A stretch of 64,000 nt of DNA from Candidatus Sungiibacteriota bacterium. GTDB taxonomy: Bacteria; Patescibacteriota; Minisyncoccia; Sungbacterales; SURF-37. Shown one piece after another: positions 24,731 to 35,073 of this stretch. The DNA is taken from contig JACQMJ010000005.1 of assembly GCA_016203665.1 (NCBI GenBank), positions 1,516 to 65,515 on the forward strand, written 5' to 3'. A program made the position numbers and the translations under genes. The notes beneath the pieces are model-generated. The model was not told the origin of the DNA and did not search any database. It saw nothing but the letters and a program-made list of their open reading frames with translations. Each line of letters opens with the position of its first letter. Within the stretch, counting starts at the first letter, position 1.

Positions 24731-26638
24731 CTATAAGCCCGGCGGCGGCTCTTCGGGCAGGCGATAAATAAAGATGGACGTGCCGGCCCGGGCCACCGGC
24801 CGGAATGGCTTCAGCCATTCATAGGAATCCTCCGGTCGCCGCAAAAACCCCTTTACCGGCGTGCCGTAGGCGCCCATTTGGAAGGTAGCCGAAACCGCGA
24901 ACCAGCCGCCGCCCGGCGGATAGCCCTTGGCCGACCACCAGGGTTCAAATTTTTCGCCGAGGTAGTAGGACGGACTGCCGCCGCCGAAGTAATCCATGCG
25001 CATTTTTTTGATGCCGTTGGCCTCGGTATATGAGACCAGCCGCTTCAAATCCTGTCCCCAATCATAATTGGAATCAACCGCGACGCGATAGCCCTCCATC
25101 GTGCCGCCCTGCCCCGTTAGCGGCAAGCTCCGACGTTCCGTTGGAGCTGCCGCACCAACGGTGCGGACAACTAACGGGGCGATAAAGTTGTAATACGAAA
25201 GGTAGTACGGGTAGGCCGCAATCGTGCTGGCGGCGAGCCAGACAAGGAGGATGGCAGTCAGGACGTAGCGGGGCAGCGAGGCGACGGTGATTTGGTATAA
25301 CCGGCCCATCCAGTCCCGCCATGTCCGGATGGGGTCGCGCGGCCAGGAGCGGAGCCAATCCGTTATTCCCTTGGCCACCAGCAGGTAGATGAAGGGGAAT
25401 GTCGGAAGCACGTGGCGCACGCCGATATTGAGGGGTGATGACAGGCTTGAAGCCCAGTAGACCGTGATGAAGCTCGCGGCGGCAAACTGCGGGAAATGGC
25501 CGTGCATCCAGCCCAACACCGCAGCCGGAGATTTTTGGGACGCTCGCAGGATGCGCCGGATCGCGAACCAGAGCGCAATGAACGACAGGATATGGAGGGC
25601 GGCGGACTCCTTGAGCAGGTAGAGGATCGGGAAGTAGCCGATGTCGCCCGCGGCAGATACGCTGCCCAGGAAGTATTGGGTGTTGCCGCCCGAGGAGCGC
25701 TGAATGACCATTAAGAGGCCCAGGAGATACTGGCCGAGCGGACGCGTCAGGCGGTTTTCAATCAGCCCAAGCGTAAAATCAACGGCCGGCCCGAAGCCGT
25801 AGGAGGAGAGCAGGAACTCGGCGTCGCGGTACTGGCGCTCGGCAGGATAATTCCATGTCGCGTAGGCATAGACAAGCCAGACCAGCGCGATAGCGACGGC
25901 GGCGATGACAATGACTTTAGCCAGCAGGGCGATGAGTAGACGGATGCGCTCCGGCCACGGGCTGTTTGTGCGCGATGCGGCCCAGGCTAAAAGAAGGATG
26001 GCATAGACGGGTAAGAAGAGGATAAGGGAGAACTTCAGGAGCAGGGCCATTCCCAGTCCGAGCCCCGCAATTATGATGCGTTTTTGCGACGGCGCCTTCA
26101 GGAATTCAAGGAACGAAATGATGCCGATGAAAAAACCGAATGCCGCGGCAAGGTCGGTCGTGACATAGCGCGAATGCGCGAGGAACGTCGGCGAGAAGGC
26201 GTAAAAAAAGAGGGCTACATTCGCAACGCGGGCATCAAAGCGGCGGCGTACCCAGACCCAGAGGAGCCAGCCCAAGAGTACGGCCAGGAGCATCGCGGGC
26301 AGGCGCGTGAGCCGTAAAATATTATCGGCGTCATTCTCTGATTCGTATAGGAATATCCGTCCTTGGTCCCATTGGCCGTTTATGTCTTCGGCCCAGCTTT
26401 TCGTATCCGTGGGAAAACGGATATCAGTAAAAATAAGCGGCAGGGCAGCGAGCATTTTAATGAGCGGCGGGTGCTCGGGGTTGAGGCGGTAGTCCTGTAG
26501 GAAGGCATAGGCATAGCCGGCCGGCACGTGGGCGAGCTCATCCATGGTGGCCGAGTCATTCCAGGATGATGACAGCATCAGGACGAACATGATGCCGAGG
26601 AGCAGTGCCGGTACGGCGTAGGGGGGGCGAATGGTCAT
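24731..26638 (-). CDS. ArnT/PMT_2-type (GT39/GT83-like) membrane glycosyltransferase
   Basis: More than 10 TM helices, N-terminal DELAHVPAGY...EHPPLIKML loop typical of the family; ATG 26638 lies 7 nt after TATACT. Confidence 0.78.
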   Translation of the reverse strand: MTIRPPYAVPALLLGIMFVLMLSSSWNDSATMDELAHVPAGYAYAFLQDYRLNPEHPPLIKMLAALPLIFTDIRFPTDTKSWAEDINGQWDQGRIFLYESENDADNILRLTRLPAMLLAVLLGWLLWVWVRRRFDARVANVALFFYAFSPTFLAHSRYVTTDLAAAFGFFIGIISFLEFLKAPSQKRIIIAGLGLGMALLLKFSLILFLPVYAILLLAWAASRTNSPWPERIRLLIALLAKVIVIAAVAIALVWLVYAYATWNYPAERQYRDAEFLLSSYGFGPAVDFTLGLIENRLTRPLGQYLLGLLMVIQRSSGGNTQYFLGSVSAAGDIGYFPILYLLKESAALHILSFIALWFAIRRILRASQKSPAAVLGWMHGHFPQFAAASFITVYWASSLSSPLNIGVRHVLPTFPFIYLLVAKGITDWLRSWPRDPIRTWRDWMGRLYQITVASLPRYVLTAILLVWLAASTIAAYPYYLSYYNFIAPLVVRTVGAAAPTERRSLPLTGQGGTMEGYRVAVDSNYDWGQDLKRLVSYTEANGIKKMRMDYFGGGSPSYYLGEKFEPWWSAKGYPPGGGWFAVSATFQMGAYGTPVKGFLRRPEDSYEWLKPFRPVARAGTSIFIYRLPEEPPPGL

Positions 26639-26699
26639 ATTCTCAAGTATAGCGGATGCGCGGCTATGAAAAACGGGCGCGGGAATATCCCGGACCCGT

Positions 26700-27092
26700 C
26701 TAACTTTCCTGGGGGGCGGCGCGGTTGATAAGGCGCAGCAGCAGTTTTCCGCTTTTCCAGCCGGCAAAGGCAAGGAAGAACGAGACCCCGATGCCGACCC
26801 CAATGGCGGTCTTAAGCGGTCGCTGATGGCGAACCATGCTCCGGGCTCCCCGGATTTCGGCGTCAAGCTCAATTAAGAGATGGCCGCGCCGTTTCAGCAT
26901 TTCCGTCAAGACGTCGGCATGGACGCCGAGCGCCGTCATACCTCTGCAGTCACCGCACCGGTCGGCCAGGAGTCCGTGCTTACACTGGTAGAGCGCGTTG
27001 ACCTCCCGCAGCATGCGCCCCTCAAGCCCCTCTATGCGGTCTTGAACCAGCCGCAGCGTATCCGGCGGCAAGCCGAAGCCTTTTTCGCCCAC
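26700..27092 (-). CDS. hypothetical protein with C-terminal TM anchor
   Basis: GTG start with GGAGG 9 nt upstream; CKHG...CGDC; sits between the two glycosyltransferases. Confidence 0.5.
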   Translation of the reverse strand: MGEKGFGLPPDTLRLVQDRIEGLEGRMLREVNALYQCKHGLLADRCGDCRGMTALGVHADVLTEMLKRRGHLLIELDAEIRGARSMVRHQRPLKTAIGVGIGVSFFLAFAGWKSGKLLLRLINRAAPQES

Positions 27093-27113
27093 TTTTATCG
27101 CCTCCCTTCTGTC

Positions 27114-28724
27114 CTAGTTTTTAAAGACCAGAGTGTTACCAATGAGCTTTTCCCGCAGCATCGGAAAGCGCTTGCGGACAATCTGGACAAGGTCTTGGTC
27201 TTTTGGATTCAAGGGGATAATAGCAGTCCTTGTGGTGCCGTCAATCGCGATATCTTCCGGCCGTAGAAGGTATGAAATTTGTTTTTGCCGGCGCCGCTCC
27301 GGATCAAAAGAATCCGAGGCGAACATCACGGTCTGGGCCGGAGCGGGCAGGCCGCGGATGTCCTCGCCGCTAAGATTGACGATGACGAATTTTTGCACGC
27401 CGTCCGGCAATGACGCGAGGTAGCGCCCGGCCTGAAGAAGGTCGGCGGAAAAGGCATCGGCCGTTTGGGGCGCATAGGCAAAGCGTACGAAATAGTCGCG
27501 GTAGGCGGTTATGGGAATCCAGAGGAGGAAGAGCAGGGCCGCAACAGCCAGCTCCTTTTTAATGCGTTTCAGCTGGCCGTGGTAGGCGGCGTATTTTGGG
27601 TTTAGAAGCGCGCCGTTGAAATAGGCGTTCAATTTCCGCCACAGCCATAGGCCGCCCACGGCGGCGATCATCATGACCGGCGGAATCATGCCGATGGCGC
27701 GGAGCGCGTGAGGCAGGCCTTCCCGCGTCAGGGTGGCCGGGAGCGCCATGAAGAAAAGCCAGGCGAGGAGCGTTGTATTTCCAGTTTCGGCTTTACGATT
27801 TCTTGCCGCTTGGCGGATGGATAGGATAAGTCCGATAAGAAAGATTACCCCAATGGACCAAAAGAGCTGCGGCTGGCAGGCAAGATTATGGCGCGGATTA
27901 CAGTCGCCGCGGGTAAAAAACATGCCGGCAGTGAGCAGGTTTGATCTTATGAATTCAGCAAGCGGCGAATCAGATGAAAAAATGGATACCTGCCCTGAGC
28001 GCCCGGCAAAATCGGCTGGATTCTGGATGAAATAAAATCCTAAAGGCAGCGCGGCTATGAATGCTGCAAAGAGAAAGAGCGCGATACTGCAAGGCGCGCA
28101 GTGTTCCATGCGGCCGCGGCGCCAAGCCATGAGACCGAAAACAATCGGAATGGCCAGGACAAAAGGCATGAAGCGGAACCCTATATATGTATGGAAGCCG
28201 AGCCCGGTAGCTATGCCTGCGGCAATGGCGCTTGATATTTTACCAGTGCGGATAGCTTTCAGCAGCCAGTAAAGGGCAAACGCTGCAAAGAACGGCAGCA
28301 GGATGGCGCGAAAGCCGATGCGCGAAAAATTGATGTGCCAGAAAGATGTTGCCGAAAAGAACGCTGCGAGGAGCGCAATCCCGTCGCGGCTAGGGAAGAG
28401 CTCGCGGCTTGCGAGGTAAATGCCGAGTATGGTGAGCGTGCCGAAGAGCGCGGAGACCGACCGAAGTACCCATGGCTCGGCCCCAAGAAGCGCTACGGCG
28501 AGCGCTTGGAGGTTGATGAATAGCCCCTCGCGGCCGTTATTCTCGGGATAAAATACTTTAAAGTCGCCGGTGCGGAGCGCCTCCAGGGCGTTATTGCCGT
28601 TGGCGGCCTCATCGGGGTAAAGGCCGGGCGGGATTGCGGTGAGAAGATAGAAACGAAAGAATGCCGCGAGCGCCAGAATGCCAAGGAGAAGGATAGCCCG
28701 TCGATGCCGAGAAAAGGCGATCAT
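27114..28724 (-). CDS. ArnT/PMT_2-type membrane glycosyltransferase (paralog)
   Basis: LYPDEAANGNNA loop motif and multi-pass topology; internal ATG 28724 preferred. Confidence 0.78.
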   Translation of the reverse strand: MIAFSRHRRAILLLGILALAAFFRFYLLTAIPPGLYPDEAANGNNALEALRTGDFKVFYPENNGREGLFINLQALAVALLGAEPWVLRSVSALFGTLTILGIYLASRELFPSRDGIALLAAFFSATSFWHINFSRIGFRAILLPFFAAFALYWLLKAIRTGKISSAIAAGIATGLGFHTYIGFRFMPFVLAIPIVFGLMAWRRGRMEHCAPCSIALFLFAAFIAALPLGFYFIQNPADFAGRSGQVSIFSSDSPLAEFIRSNLLTAGMFFTRGDCNPRHNLACQPQLFWSIGVIFLIGLILSIRQAARNRKAETGNTTLLAWLFFMALPATLTREGLPHALRAIGMIPPVMMIAAVGGLWLWRKLNAYFNGALLNPKYAAYHGQLKRIKKELAVAALLFLLWIPITAYRDYFVRFAYAPQTADAFSADLLQAGRYLASLPDGVQKFVIVNLSGEDIRGLPAPAQTVMFASDSFDPERRRQKQISYLLRPEDIAIDGTTRTAIIPLNPKDQDLVQIVRKRFPMLREKLIGNTLVFKN

Positions 28725-28805
28725 ACCTTTCAGTATAGGCCATTGCCAGTACGAAAGGCAGGCAGAATTTTTACGATATTTGTGATGAGGTATACTGGTC
28801 ATACT

Positions 28806-29426
28806 ATGCCAACCTTGAAACGTACCGACGTAATCATCAGTTTGGTCATCGGCGAAGTCGCCGCGCTCCTCATGTTCGCTGTCGGCCGGAATCTCGATTT
28901 GCCCTCCGGCTTCGCGCGCCTCCTCCCCTGGCTGCCGTTCACCTTCCCGCTCTTCACGCTCGCGGTCATCAGCGGCGGCGCATGGCTTGGACAATACCGG
29001 TTCGGCTTCTACCAGCTCGCAAAGTTCGGGCTCGTCGGCGGATTGAATTTTCTCATTGATCTCGGAGCCCTGAATTTACTCCTCGCCGTGGCCGGCGTTA
29101 CCGTCGGCTTTTACGCCGTGGCATCGAAGGCCGCCGCGTTCCTCGCGGCGCTTGCTTCAAGCTTCCTGTGGAATAAATTCTGGACGTTCCGGTCGCTCTC
29201 GACGACGGACATCGGCCCGCAGTTCGCCGGGTTCTTTGCGGTGACGATCGGCGGACTCATAATCAACGTCGGCGTCTTTGCGTTCCTGAGCGGTACGGTC
29301 GGCCCGCGCGGAGGGATAGATGCGAGGACCTGGGCCAACGTCTCAGCCGCCGGCGCGGCCGTCGTCGGCCTCGCGTGGAACTTTCTGGGGTATAAGATGG
29401 TGGTATTCCGAAAGGGACAAAAGTAG
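28806..29426 (+). CDS. GtrA-family membrane protein
   Basis: Four TM helices, GLVGGLNFLIDLG and WNKFWTFR motifs; divergent from the glycosyltransferase. Confidence 0.8.
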   Translation: MPTLKRTDVIISLVIGEVAALLMFAVGRNLDLPSGFARLLPWLPFTFPLFTLAVISGGAWLGQYRFGFYQLAKFGLVGGLNFLIDLGALNLLLAVAGVTVGFYAVASKAAAFLAALASSFLWNKFWTFRSLSTTDIGPQFAGFFAVTIGGLIINVGVFAFLSGTVGPRGGIDARTWANVSAAGAAVVGLAWNFLGYKMVVFRKGQK

Positions 29427-29509
29427 CAAAAGGCCCGTTCGAACTTTCCGCCAGCCCTTGTTCCTTTTGTTCCCTTTGCACTCCTATTTCCGTTTGCTAC
29501 CTTTTCCCT

Positions 29510-30613
29510 ATGGCCTATCAGGTTTTGTACAGGAAATACCGGCCGCGCGATTTTTCCGAAGTTGTCGGCCAAGATCACATTATTGCGGTCATCAAGCGGC
29601 AGATCACCGGCGGCCGGGTGGCGCATGCCTATCTCTTTTCCGGGCCGCGCGGCATCGGCAAGACGACCACGGCCCGTCTGATAGCCAAAGCCGTCAATTG
29701 CGCGGCCGAGCGTCCGGCCGACCGGCCGTGTCAGAGATGCGCCTCCTGCACCGCATTCAATGCCGGCTCGGCGTTAAACCTCATCGAGATCGATGCCGCC
29801 TCCAATCGCGGCATTGATGAGATCCGCGAGCTCCGCGAGGGGGTGCGTTTCACCCCGCCGGGCGGCGGCATGAAAGTTTATATTATTGACGAGGTGCACC
29901 AGCTGACCAAAGAAGCTTTCAACGCGCTTTTAAAGACGCTGGAGGAACCGCCCGGCCACGTCATCTTTGTTTTGGCTACGACTGAAATTGACAAAGTGCC
30001 ACCAACCATTGTTTCGCGTACCCAGTATTTTGATTTTCGGCGGCCGCGCCAGGCCGTACTGGCCGAGCGCATCACCGCGCTTGCCGGCCTTGAGGGTGCA
30101 GCGCTCCAAGCCGACGCGGCGGCCGCCATCGCCTTTGCGGCCGAGGGGTCGGTGCGCGATGCCGAGAGCCTGCTCGGCAAGGTGTTGGCCGTTGCCGGGA
30201 AGACCGTCACGCGGGCCGATGCCGAGGAGGTGCTCGGCATCCCGAAACGCGAGGCGTTGATCTCACTCTTCGGGCACATCGGCCGGCGTGAGCCGAAGGA
30301 GGCGATCGAGTTCGTCAACCGCCTCTACTACGAGGGCTATGAAATGGAACACCTCGCCAAGATGCTCGTATCCTTTTTCCGCGACGCGCTCCTGGCTAAG
30401 ACCGGATCGCCCGTGGATGCCTCAAGCCTCCTGCCCGAGGATAGCCGCGCTCTCACTGCCGCCCTGGACAGCTACTCTGCCGCCGCTCTCGCCGATGCGA
30501 CTGCCGAGCTTATTGATGTCATCCCGGCGAGCCGGCGGAGCCCCATTCCGCAGCTCCCGCTCGAACTCGCGCTCATCGCCATTATCCACGGCCGCGCCGG
30601 AGGCGCGGATTGA
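29510..30613 (+). CDS. dnaX: DNA polymerase III subunit gamma/tau
   Basis: GPRGIGKTT Walker A, DEVHQL Walker B, CQRCASC zinc module, SRTQ sensor. Confidence 0.9.
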   Translation: MAYQVLYRKYRPRDFSEVVGQDHIIAVIKRQITGGRVAHAYLFSGPRGIGKTTTARLIAKAVNCAAERPADRPCQRCASCTAFNAGSALNLIEIDAASNRGIDEIRELREGVRFTPPGGGMKVYIIDEVHQLTKEAFNALLKTLEEPPGHVIFVLATTEIDKVPPTIVSRTQYFDFRRPRQAVLAERITALAGLEGAALQADAAAAIAFAAEGSVRDAESLLGKVLAVAGKTVTRADAEEVLGIPKREALISLFGHIGRREPKEAIEFVNRLYYEGYEMEHLAKMLVSFFRDALLAKTGSPVDASSLLPEDSRALTAALDSYSAAALADATAELIDVIPASRRSPIPQLPLELALIAIIHGRAGGAD

Positions 30614-30624
30614 CCTACGCCAAT

Positions 30625-31071
30625 ATGGAGGAGCGTATCTCCAAAAGTGATGAGGAGTGGCGGCGGGTTCTAACGCCCGAGCAATACCGGGTCATGCGCC
30701 AGCAGGGCACGGAAGCGCCGTTTACCGGGAAGTACACGGCTGCAAAGGATTCGGGTGTTTACCGCTGTGCGGCCTGCGGTGCGGAGCTCTTCTCATCCGA
30801 TGCGAAGTTTGATTCCGGCACGGGCTGGCCGTCGTTTACCGACCCGATGAATCGCGAGAACGTTCTTCTCCGCGAAGATCTGTCAGGAGGGATGCGGCGG
30901 GTCGAAGTGCGCTGCAAGCGCTGCGGCAGCCACCTCGGCCACGTTTTTGACGACCTGCCTCGACGGCGCCAAGGCAAGGCGGGCGGGCCGACAGATCGGC
31001 GCCTGCCTGCCGGCAGGCGGGGCAAGCGCTACTGCATAAACTCCTGCGCCCTGGATTTGGAGCGGAAGTAA
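30625..31071 (+). CDS. msrB: peptide-methionine (R)-S-oxide reductase
   Basis: CAAC and CKRC zinc pairs, GWPSF, HLGHVFDD, RYCINS catalytic Cys; carries a roughly 20-aa basic insert. Confidence 0.9.
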   Translation: MEERISKSDEEWRRVLTPEQYRVMRQQGTEAPFTGKYTAAKDSGVYRCAACGAELFSSDAKFDSGTGWPSFTDPMNRENVLLREDLSGGMRRVEVRCKRCGSHLGHVFDDLPRRRQGKAGGPTDRRLPAGRRGKRYCINSCALDLERK

Positions 31072-31077
31072 TATTAC

Positions 31078-32070
31078 ATGATTGATCTTGCCAAACTTGC
31101 GGTCGCGCTCCTCGGCATTGTCGGTTTGGGGTTGGCGCTTTTTATACGAGTGCGGAAATCCGGCCGGAAGCAAATGGTTTGCTACATCGGTCAGGACTGC
31201 GATACGGTCGTGCATAGCGAATATTCCCGGTTCCTCGGCATCCCGGTTGAGATCCTCGGAATGCTTTATTACGCCGCGATCGCGGCGGCATACGCAGCCT
31301 TCCTAATTTCGCCCGAGTTTGCCACCATGCCGGCCGTATTCTCGGCGCTCGCCCTTACCACGGCGGCGTTTCTTTTCTCGCTCTATCTTACCTTTATCCA
31401 GGGCTTCGTACTCCGCGAATGGTGCGAGTGGTGCCTGACATCGGCATTTTTTTGCGCCGCTATTTTCATCTTGGCGCTGCGAAGCATGCCGGTTGGACTT
31501 TTTGATTTTCTTGAAGAGATGCATGGAACGGTCGTTTTGCTCCATGGGCTTGCCGCGGCCGTCGGCGTTGGCGCGGCAACGGTGACTGACGTTCTCTTCT
31601 TCAAATTCTTGAAGGATCTGCGCATCTCGGAGGAGGAGTCGGATATTTTGAGATCGGTATCGCAGGTCATTTGGCTTGCGCTTGCCGCGCTCCTGATCGC
31701 GGGCCTCGTCCTGTGGCTCGCCGATGCCGAGGAACTGAACGCCTCGGCAAAGTTCCTGGTGAAGATGATCATCGTCGCCGTCATCATCGGCAACGGCGCG
31801 CTTTTAAATCTCTGGATCGCTCCGCGCCTCATACATATTTCCTTCGGCCAGCGCCACGTCCATATTCCCGGCGAGCTCCGCCATGCTCGGCGCTTCGCTT
31901 TTGCCTTGGGCGCGGTCTCCATAACTTCCTGGTACAGCGCTTTCATTTTGGGCTCGCTCCATGGGGTTGAAGTCGGATTCTGGCCGCTTCTCGGCCTTTA
32001 TATCGGCGTTGTTGCCGCCGCCGTCATGGTGAGCCAGATGGCCGATCGGTCTCTGGCGGAGCAGACATAG
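31078..32070 (+). CDS. vitamin K epoxide reductase (VKOR) family membrane protein with extra C-terminal TM domain
   Basis: Loop cysteines CYIGQDC and CEWC active site in a 4-TM core, followed by about four more helices. Confidence 0.78.
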   Translation: MIDLAKLAVALLGIVGLGLALFIRVRKSGRKQMVCYIGQDCDTVVHSEYSRFLGIPVEILGMLYYAAIAAAYAAFLISPEFATMPAVFSALALTTAAFLFSLYLTFIQGFVLREWCEWCLTSAFFCAAIFILALRSMPVGLFDFLEEMHGTVVLLHGLAAAVGVGAATVTDVLFFKFLKDLRISEEESDILRSVSQVIWLALAALLIAGLVLWLADAEELNASAKFLVKMIIVAVIIGNGALLNLWIAPRLIHISFGQRHVHIPGELRHARRFAFALGAVSITSWYSAFILGSLHGVEVGFWPLLGLYIGVVAAAVMVSQMADRSLAEQT

Positions 32071-32120
32071 TCATGATCCAAAAAGATCCGGCGCGTTATT
32101 CTTTCGCGCACGGCGGCATA

Positions 32121-32756
32121 ATGGATGACATCCTGCTCATTGATAAGCCGGCGGGCATTTCTTCCTTCGGGGTGATCCGGCTACTGCGCAAGCGCCTGGG
32201 CGTCCGGAAAATGGGCCACGCCGGCACGCTTGACCCCATGGCTTCAGGCCTACTTATCGTCGGCGTGGGTAAGGGGACAAAACGGCTTTCCGAGTTTGCC
32301 GATTTGACGAAGACTTACCAGATGCGGGTACTGCTCGGCAGACGGACGACGACCGGAGATATCACTGGAGAGGTGATTGAAGAGCGGCCGCCGGGGCGAA
32401 TTACGCCGGAGGCTGTCCGAAGAGTAATGGCCGGCATGGTCGGCGAAATTGAGCTTGGGGTCCCGGCCTACTCCGCCGCGAAGTATCGCGGCCAGCCGCG
32501 CTACCGCTATGCCCGCCGTGGCGTCGCCATCCCGGCCAGTATCAGACGGAGCCGTATCTACCGGCTGGAATTTCAAAGCATGCGTCGTGACGGTGATAAA
32601 GTTTTCTTGGATGCGGAGCTGGAAGCCGAGAAGGGGACGTACGCCCGCGCCGTGGCCGAGGAAATCGGCCGGCGCTTCGGCGTGCCGGCAACGCTCGCCG
32701 CGCTTCGGCGGGTGCGCATCGGCAGTTTTAATGTTGCATCGGCGGAGAAATTTTAA
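32121..32756 (+). CDS. truB: tRNA pseudouridine(55) synthase
   Basis: IDKPAGISS and HAGTLDPMASGLL catalytic-Asp motif. Confidence 0.9.
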   Translation: MDDILLIDKPAGISSFGVIRLLRKRLGVRKMGHAGTLDPMASGLLIVGVGKGTKRLSEFADLTKTYQMRVLLGRRTTTGDITGEVIEERPPGRITPEAVRRVMAGMVGEIELGVPAYSAAKYRGQPRYRYARRGVAIPASIRRSRIYRLEFQSMRRDGDKVFLDAELEAEKGTYARAVAEEIGRRFGVPATLAALRRVRIGSFNVASAEKF

Positions 32757-32807
32757 TATGCATTTCGGTCATTCCCGTTCAAGAGCGGGCAGTGCTACCA
32801 TAGCGGC

Positions 32808-33542
32808 ATGATACTTCACCTTCCTCCGCTCAAAGTCACAGCCATTGGTATAGTCGCTTTCGCGCTCGCCGTGCCGGCTTCGGCCGACGGCCCGGAACTT
32901 CATATCTCCGCGAAAGGCGAAGTCCAAATCATTGGCGCGGAGCTTATCACGATAAACGCCATCAATCTTTTCAGCGTGAATGTGTGGGGCCAGCGCTGGG
33001 TCGTACCCATTGATAAATGGGCTACGCTGGAGAGCGCCGACGGCAAGCCGTTAGCTGCGGTCGACATTCTCCAGGGGCATCGTTTGGAAATTAAGGGCCG
33101 GGCTGATCCTAATCGCGGCGGCTGGCTTGATACTCGGCTCATCCGCGATCTTTCCATTGGCACGCCCCCGCCGCCGGTGATTACTACGCCGGCCGCGGAG
33201 ACGGCAAACATCGGTGCCGCGCTCCCGCCGACGCCGCTTCCCGCACCTTTGACGTCGCCAGTGCCGGTCGCTCCGCCGCCTGCGCCGCCTCCAGCTTCCA
33301 GTAAACGCCTGCTCACGCAGCAGCTCCGAGCCGGCATGCGCGGCGGCGAGGTAGTCATCCTGCAGGAGTTCCTGCAGAAAAATAACTGGGGCATCCCCAA
33401 TGACGGCCCAGTGACCGGCTACTACGGGAAAGTGACTGCCAATGCGGTAAAGAAATTCCAGGCTGCCAACGGCTTAGCGCCCGAAGGCGAGGTAGGGCCG
33501 AAAACCCGCGAGCTTATCAACCGCTGGCTCGCCCAGCCGTAA
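32808..33542 (+). CDS. secreted peptidoglycan-binding-domain protein
   Basis: Signal peptide, Pro-rich linker, C-terminal PG_binding_1-like repeat (GGEVVILQEFL...GYYGKVTANAVKKFQ). Confidence 0.72.
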   Translation: MILHLPPLKVTAIGIVAFALAVPASADGPELHISAKGEVQIIGAELITINAINLFSVNVWGQRWVVPIDKWATLESADGKPLAAVDILQGHRLEIKGRADPNRGGWLDTRLIRDLSIGTPPPPVITTPAAETANIGAALPPTPLPAPLTSPVPVAPPPAPPPASSKRLLTQQLRAGMRGGEVVILQEFLQKNNWGIPNDGPVTGYYGKVTANAVKKFQAANGLAPEGEVGPKTRELINRWLAQP

Positions 33543-33622
33543 GATACGGATTTTCCGTTCGTCATCCGGTATGCTTCCTAGGCATCTCGCCTGCTGGGGC
33601 GCCGCTGCCTTTTGAAACTCAA

Positions 33623-34495
33623 ATGTCCAGCAAATGGATACTCTCAATTTTAGTTCTTGCTGTAGCCGGATTTGCCTCCTGGTGGTGGTTTGCCTATCGC
33701 GCTCTGCCCGAGCCGACTCCTCCATCACAGTCCCCTGCGCCTATAGCCGAGAAGCCTAACCTTATCCGCGTTACATCGCCAAGGCCGAACGCTACCGCAG
33801 CATCTCCGCTTACGGTTGAAGGCGAGGCGCGGGGCTTTTGGTTTTTTGAGGCCTCGTTCCCGGTACGCCTGCTTGATGCCACTGGCCGCGAGATCGCCGT
33901 GATCCCGGCGCAGGCCCAAGGAGAGTGGATGACGGCCGAATTCGTGCCCTTCCGCGCCGTGCTCACTTTCGCCGCTCCGGCAACAGAGCGCGGTACTCTG
34001 GTTCTGGAAAAAGACAATCCCTCCGGTCTGCCGGAGAATGCGGATGAGCTACGGATACCGATACGCTTCAGTACGGTTCCGCCCGTGGAGGGGGCCATGC
34101 GCGAGGTCAGGCTTTATTACTACAACCCGGAAAGGGATAAGGACGCGTCCGGGAATATCCTCTGCAGCCGCGCCGGTCTGGAAGCAGTAACGCGCAGCAT
34201 TCCCCGCGCGCTCACGCCCATTCAGGACACGGTGCGGCTTCTTCTTAAGGGGGAGCTTGCGGCCGGCGAGCGAGCGCGCGGCATCACCACCGAATATCCT
34301 ATCCCCGGACTCGCTCTAAAAACGGCTTCGCGCGAGAACGGAGTTCTTACTTTGACTTTTGGCGATCCGGAAAACCGCACAGGAGGCGGGGCCTGCCGCG
34401 TCGGCGTGCTTTGGTATCAAATCGAGGCCACGGCCAAGCAGTTTTCAAACGTCCGCGAGGTCCGCTTCAGGCCCGAAGAACTCTTCCAGCCATAA
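33623..34495 (+). CDS. Gmad2 Ig-like plus GerMN-like domain protein
   Basis: TM anchor; LTVEGEARGFWFFEASFPVRLLD (Gmad2-like), then VRLYYYNPE...TPIQDTVRLLLKG (GerMN-like). Confidence 0.65.
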   Translation: MSSKWILSILVLAVAGFASWWWFAYRALPEPTPPSQSPAPIAEKPNLIRVTSPRPNATAASPLTVEGEARGFWFFEASFPVRLLDATGREIAVIPAQAQGEWMTAEFVPFRAVLTFAAPATERGTLVLEKDNPSGLPENADELRIPIRFSTVPPVEGAMREVRLYYYNPERDKDASGNILCSRAGLEAVTRSIPRALTPIQDTVRLLLKGELAAGERARGITTEYPIPGLALKTASRENGVLTLTFGDPENRTGGGACRVGVLWYQIEATAKQFSNVREVRFRPEELFQP

Positions 34496-34527
34496 AACAG
34501 CCGAATATGTTTATGGTCAAGCCGCCC

Positions 34528-34555
34528 TTGACTTTATTTTGATTTGAAGTAAACT
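34528..34555 (+). promoter_or_regulatory. sigma70-like promoter of two-gene cassette
   Basis: TTGACT-16 nt-TAAACT in an AT-rich spacer. Confidence 0.45.
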
Positions 34556-34596
34556 AAAATAAGATACAGTTATTTTCGTGATGAAAGGGGGCTGAC

Positions 34597-35055
34597 ATGC
34601 GCGTCTGGATCACCGTCAGCGGCGATCAGGGTGACATCGCTGGCTATACCCTCTGCATGGCGGGTTCGGGGATGGGCTTCAGTGACTATGCGGTGGAGAT
34701 CGCGGAAAAGATCGGGTGCGCCCGCATCCCACGGCTCGCCGATGAAGAGCTCATTTACGTCATGGGGCGTTTCGGGCGGAGCCTCGTGATGAGCGCTGAT
34801 CTCGATCGCGTAACCCTGGGCAAGCTGCTCCAGCGGCTTGGCCAAATCCTTGTGCTCGAACGGGCGAATGGGTTCTCGGTTCGCGCGGCTCACTACCACC
34901 TGCTCCAGCAGCAGGGTAGCATTGAGGTAGCCTACTTTCCCGTCTCGGTGCGTCCGCAAGCGGTGGCCCATCGCTGGCCGCCGGAATCGGACGGCGAGGA
35001 GCTGGTCAGGATCATCACCGGTACGCCGCGCGGCGCCCGTCCAATCTGCTACTAA
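34597..35055 (+). CDS. hypothetical 152-aa protein
   Basis: AAAGGGGG SD 6 nt upstream; strong G/C bias at third codon positions (GC3) in this frame; the 232-aa antisense ORF is its in-register shadow. Confidence 0.6.
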   Translation: MRVWITVSGDQGDIAGYTLCMAGSGMGFSDYAVEIAEKIGCARIPRLADEELIYVMGRFGRSLVMSADLDRVTLGKLLQRLGQILVLERANGFSVRAAHYHLLQQQGSIEVAYFPVSVRPQAVAHRWPPESDGEELVRIITGTPRGARPICY

Positions 35056-35073
35056 AAGGGGGAGAGGGGAGAT

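Noticed and set aside
26639-26872. N-terminal extensions of both glycosyltransferase ORFs (also 28725-28994) and of ftsK, serS, frr, truB, rpsF and peroxiredoxin
   Set aside because: The family-typical N-termini begin at internal ATGs. The extensions are compositionally odd or cross promoters and terminators.
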